Shown here: positions 60,253 through 64,000 of the stretch, one piece after another
How positions within the stretch are numbered: the stretch's first letter is position 1
Layout of the letters: the number at the start of each line of letters is the position of its first letter
UHGV virus genome: UHGV-0179803
Source of the DNA: a virus
Length of the DNA stretch: 64,000 nt
Direction: 5' to 3' (one strand)
Program-made: the position numbers and the translations under genes
Notes under the pieces: generated by a model
What the model was told of the DNA's origin: nothing
Databases searched by the model: none
Seen by the model: only the letters and a program-made list of their open reading frames with translations

Positions 60253-60264
60253 CAGGAGAGATCA

Positions 60265-60606
60265 ATGAAGAATCAAACAGTAACAATGCAATGGGTAGAT
60301 GTTGATGGCGTGGAGAACATGCCAATCGGTGTATATTTCGTATGTATGCGGGACTGTAATGGTCTGCAACAATATGGTGTATGCGAAGTTGTTATGGCTG
60401 GGCAGGGCAAATATGCACATAAAGTTGGCGTGATCAGTGGTCAATTTTATTTTGAATTCCCACCAATCGTAGCATACATGGTTATCCCAGACTATGTGCC
60501 GATTCAGGACGGAAAACGCCGTTGCCCACACTGTGGTAGCACTGATATCGGTATGGCGCGGGACGATTTATTCTGCTTCTGCTGCCGCCGTTTCCTGGTG
60601 GAATAA
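60265..60606 (+). CDS. Hypothetical protein with C-terminal zinc-ribbon-like Cys cluster
   Basis: ..RRCPHCGSTDIGMARDDLFCFCCRRF.. (CxxC ... CxxC). Confidence 0.45.
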   Translation: MKNQTVTMQWVDVDGVENMPIGVYFVCMRDCNGLQQYGVCEVVMAGQGKYAHKVGVISGQFYFEFPPIVAYMVIPDYVPIQDGKRRCPHCGSTDIGMARDDLFCFCCRRFLVE

Positions 60607-60616
60607 GGAGTGTACT

Positions 60617-60811
60617 ATGTTCGAGCTTAAATCTTGCACAATCGTAGCACCAGGGGATCGTATCCGTATCCCAGGCCGTCACGAAATCCTACAGGTTAAA
60701 AGCATCGAGTCTGTAGGTAACCGTGTTCTCCTGTTCAAATTTGAAAATGGACACCAGGTGTACATGAGAATGAGAAGCAAAGTGTACATTGACAGGGGTG
60801 CTAAAGAATGA
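60617..60811 (+). CDS. Hypothetical small protein (64 aa)
   Basis: ATG after AAGGAG. Confidence 0.45.
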   Translation: MFELKSCTIVAPGDRIRIPGRHEILQVKSIESVGNRVLLFKFENGHQVYMRMRSKVYIDRGAKE

Positions 60812-61134
60812 ATGAAGTATGGGAAATCTGTGTAGACGTAGCAGGAATCACGCTTATAGGTGCTCTGGTTATTGCTCTGGCGCTGGTAGGATACAAGATG
60901 GCACTTCTGCCTTTCCTGGAAGCATTCAGCCTGTGTCATTGCTGGCGTAGAGCATATGGACCACAACCTGTAAAAGACTGGTTCACTTTGTACCGTATTG
61001 CACTATCTTACACGTTTGATCATTCACGCTTAAACTGCATTGAAAGCTATCATGCTGATGGTTGGTGGTGGGTAGGATTATTCAGATGGGAGGTGACAGA
61101 GGTAACTCCGAAACGAATGCTTAAGAAAAATTGA
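60808..61134 (+). CDS. Small membrane protein (108 aa)
   Basis: Hydrophobic N-terminus VAGITLIGALVIALALVGY. Confidence 0.45.
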   Translation: MNEVWEICVDVAGITLIGALVIALALVGYKMALLPFLEAFSLCHCWRRAYGPQPVKDWFTLYRIALSYTFDHSRLNCIESYHADGWWWVGLFRWEVTEVTPKRMLKKN

Positions 61135-61715
61135 TTTTAGAATTATAAAAGTTTTAGATGACAAGGGGAAATCTGTAATAGATTTTCCCTTATTTATCAG
61201 ATATTTGCAGATATTTGAAAATCATTAGAAACTTAGGTAATTAGGAGCGTACGAAAATGGATTTTTTAAAAGCATAAGCAATCATTTAGCAAATTAGCCA
61301 AATAGATTTTAGCCTATTGCTATTGTGTATGCATGTATTTGCATATGCCTTGCACATATCCCCACACACCTCTTCCCACATTCCCACACAGTTCTCGGTT
61401 GACCCGCCAATCTCCCCTCCACAACTCTCCCAGTAATTTCCTTAAGTACTCGATCTGTTTTTCAAAATCGAAATCGGATTCTGAAAATCTCGACAGCTTT
61501 TCTCCTCGGTTCTCGATAGGTTTTTTATTTTCGATTTTGGATTCTGGATCTCGGTCTGGTTCTGGCTAGGCCTGCGCCTGAGGAACGAAAGCACTTTTTT
61601 ATTTTTGAAAGTGGATTTTGAATTTCTATATAGAAAAAATTTACCCCCTACCATTTTTGGTAGATAGTCACGGTACGTAATTAGCCTGCTAACTAAATTT
61701 TAGATAGTTTCATGA

Positions 61716-61908
61716 GTGATTATCACCGTTACTATAAATTGCCGTAACTATAAATCACCGTGCGTTACTATTTTAATTTCACCATGCAACTATAAATCAC
61801 GGGCCGTTATTATTTATATAGAAAACTATTACTAACCGTGCGTTATTACCTCAATTTGCTTAGGTTACTATTAATCACCGTAAGTAACTATTTTTTAAAT
61901 GATAATCA
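61716..61908. repeat. AT-rich iteron block: ACTATAAAT and TCACCGT(G/A)(C/A)GTTACTATT repeats, flanked by TGATTATCA ... TGATAATCA
   Basis: ACTATAAAT at 61731, 61747, 61789. TCACCGT at 61723, 61755, 61875. AACCGTGCGTTA at 61835. Mutually reverse-complementary 9-mers at 61716-61724 and 61900-61908. Confidence 0.6.
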
Positions 61909-61926
61909 TTCTCAAAATATATTGCG

Positions 61927-62215
61927 TGCATCCCCGGTGATTGTCTCCCGGCCCCTGGTGCCCCGGCTTGATTATATAATAACAGATCCGGCCCCCATGT
62001 CAACAGCTTTTTTAGAAAAATATTAGTTACAACATCCTGGCGCCACCTGGCAGGGCCATCATGACCATGATCCGGTCCGGCGCTTGCGCCCTGGTCCATC
62101 CTCCGCACATTAGTTACAGCATTCCAACGACCGATCCCCGATAGTCTGCAACCTGGCGGGGCCGCCTGGTCCACTGGACCGCCTCCCCTGGTCCGGTGGG
62201 GAGTCCGGCTTGCAA
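61927..62215. repeat. GC-rich island with clustered CCTGG-containing hairpin-like repeats
   Basis: CCTGG occurs about 7 times in one orientation within about 290 bp. Repeated ATTAGTTACA(A/G)CAT at about 62022 and 62110. Near-palindromes such as GGTCCACTGGACC. GC content far above the window average. Confidence 0.55.
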
Positions 62216-62351
62216 TTCAAAATGTGATCTGTGTCAACCTTTCACCATGTAGCTATTGATCAGGTTACGGCCTAGTGTATTCTATAGGTGAAGGGAAACA
62301 AAGGGGAAACGGAAAGCAAAACACCAGGCCGCAAGGCAGGAGGAAAATAAA

Positions 62352-62528
62352 ATGAAAGGCATGGTTAACAACAACAACGTAAAAGAGAGGGAAATTATTG
62401 TTAATGGTCGTGAGATTGACAATAAACGCCGGAAAGCTATGCGTGATGCCCTGGTCAACTGGTTGGATTATGAAAAAATGATGGTAATGGCAGCGGGTGC
62501 CGCAGCTGGTGAATTTAACCACAGATAA
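62352..62528 (+). CDS. Hypothetical small protein (58 aa)
   Basis: Hand-translated: MKGMVNNNNVKEREIIVNGREIDNKRRKAMRDALVNWLDYEKMMVMAAGAAAGEFNHR. RBS AGGAGG 7 nt upstream. Confidence 0.4.
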   Translation: MKGMVNNNNVKEREIIVNGREIDNKRRKAMRDALVNWLDYEKMMVMAAGAAAGEFNHR

Positions 62529-62747
62529 CCACAGGGGGGCAAAGGTGTTAGCTTATAATCTTCCAGGCCGTCGCCGTACGGTTGCCGACCAGGTAACGGC
62601 AAAGGCAGACGTAACAATCAACAACGGGCAGGGCCTTTACAAGTTTAAACGGGGGAACAGCTATACGATCCAGTTTCTTAACCGTTGTGCTTTAACACCT
62701 GGTCAGATCAACCATTGGTTTAAAGCTAAAAAATTTTAAAAAATTAG

Positions 62748-62776
62748 TTGACACCAGAAAGAAATAAAGTATTATA
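62748..62776 (+). promoter_or_regulatory. Sigma70-like promoter (TTGACA, 16-17 bp spacer, TATTAT/ATTATA)
   Basis: Exact -35, AT-rich -10; RBS AAGGAG and ATG at 62825 downstream. Confidence 0.45.
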
Positions 62777-62824
62777 GATAGTGAAAGCAGTACACAAGGT
62801 TAACAAAATATAAGGAGTAACATC

Positions 62825-63226
62825 ATGAGCGCTTTTAACACTGATTTCGATTTCTCTGGTCTGGAAGAAGTTCGCGATCTTCGTAACTGCCGCCGCGAAA
62901 ACGGTTTTTATAAATCTCTGGACCTGGTGGCACTGGACCACAAAATGGACCTGGAAGAAGTAGCAACGATTCGTTTCTACCAGTCACCGCGCGGTAACAC
63001 TGTTTACTGTGTAGTATGGGTACATGAAGCAGGGCACGAATTTTATGCCACTGCTGGCGGGAAAGCTGGTGGCTATGGTTACGATAAAGAGGAGGCCGCA
63101 TTACGGGAAGCTATCGAGGCGATGGGTGTAAAAGCTGGCGATTATGCTCACCCTGAAAAATTTTTAATCCAGCTTGCTCGCTACTTCGGATATGAAAAAG
63201 CTAAAGTGATTGAAGCACACGCATAA
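62825..63226 (+). CDS. Hypothetical protein (133 aa)
   Basis: RBS AAGGAG; ORF after the promoter. Confidence 0.5.
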   Translation: MSAFNTDFDFSGLEEVRDLRNCRRENGFYKSLDLVALDHKMDLEEVATIRFYQSPRGNTVYCVVWVHEAGHEFYATAGGKAGGYGYDKEEAALREAIEAMGVKAGDYAHPEKFLIQLARYFGYEKAKVIEAHA

Positions 63227-63303
63227 GCTGCCTTTTAGATGGCCCCCTGGTGGGGCCATTGATAAAGGTAACTTGGGGCAACAATAACCGAGAGAAAGAA
63301 AAT

Positions 63304-63738
63304 ATGAAACGTTTACCACGCTGGATCCGCTTTATTAATAAACTTGCCGCAGATGAAAAAATCCAGGCTATGCATAAAGATAACCGCGAACGCCGTGCTG
63401 CCTTACGAGATTATCGCCGCATGTTGGCAAAGTTAGCCAATAAAAATGGCGTTCTTAAACCGTTCCGCAAAGTGATCCACCTGGTCGCTATGGGAGCGCC
63501 TAAGGTGGCAAACGTTCCAAACGTCCATAAGATTGATGACCGCGACGTTGTAAGAGATATTGATAAAGATTTTTCTCCGAAGGCCATCAATCAGCGGATC
63601 AACAGCTGCAAAAATAAGAAAGATCTTGATAATTTGTTAGATAGCCTCGACGCTTTAGGGTGTGATTATGATTTCTTAGATGACAAGATTAATAAAAAAT
63701 ACCGCGAATTGGCTGGTTATCGCGTCAACCGGATTTAA
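63304..63738 (+). CDS. Hypothetical basic protein (144 aa)
   Basis: ATG 63304 after GAGAGAAAG. Lys/Arg-rich. Confidence 0.45.
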   Translation: MKRLPRWIRFINKLAADEKIQAMHKDNRERRAALRDYRRMLAKLANKNGVLKPFRKVIHLVAMGAPKVANVPNVHKIDDRDVVRDIDKDFSPKAINQRINSCKNKKDLDNLLDSLDALGCDYDFLDDKINKKYRELAGYRVNRI

Positions 63739-64000
63739 CATATCAGAATAGTTGGCCCTGGTGGATCCGATCCGTGCACGGTCCAGGGTATGCCCGAAAA
63801 CCTCCCCCATTACGCCGCTACGCCTGTTTTGAAGGTGTGGCGGTGTAGTTGCACCTCTTTGCAAAACACCTCGCCATAATACTTATTTGATGCCTTATTT
63901 TCGATACGCTCAAATAATGACCAATCAATCGCCCCCACCATGATTTTTTTCTTGCAATCCCCCAATGTATGAATACAATAACAATTGAAGGCAGTATTAA

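Noticed and set aside
61875-62174. 99-aa minus-strand ORF in the GC-rich island
   Set aside because: Pro/Gly/Arg-rich composition driven by local GC content, no RBS, and it overlaps the hairpin repeats. More likely non-coding.
1-64000. CRISPR array, integrase or attachment site, lysogeny repressor
   Set aside because: No regular repeat-spacer array and no tyrosine or serine recombinase-like ORF was recognised. The content is consistent with a virulent phage segment.

Overview
This window reads as a contiguous piece of a lytic tailed-phage genome (myovirus-like, P2-type baseplate), about 45% GC, almost fully coding. Four blocks: (1) 1-23.1 kb, plus strand: tail, baseplate and tail-fibre genes, including a 1556-aa long fibre with phage-fibre repeats and a C-terminal His-x-His array, lambda-Tfa-like chaperones, and two paralogous short fibres; (2) 23.1-32.6 kb, mostly minus strand: a trimeric-autotransporter (YadA-like) outer-membrane protein gene, three tRNAs (Met/Thr/Arg), a HAD phosphatase, and a metallopeptidase+VWA protein; (3) 32.7-50.3 kb, plus strand: MoxR-like AAA+ ATPase, rIIA-like GHKL ATPase, Dda-like helicase, a freestanding HNH-AP2 endonuclease, a TOPRIM primase / DnaB-like helicase interrupted by a 323-aa intein, and a family A DNA polymerase; (4) 50.3-64 kb, plus strand: many small early-type genes (acidic proteins, SSB, HAD nucleotidase, macro-domain protein) behind repeated near-consensus sigma70 promoters, plus a ~1.2 kb non-coding repeat region (61.1-62.3 kb) with AT-rich iterons and a GC-rich island of CCTGG hairpins. 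Best candidates for something undescribed: the YadA-like gene, the split MoxR/VWA-metallopeptidase pair, the macro-domain gene, and the repeat region. All calls come from reading the sequence and ORF translations; no database search was run.
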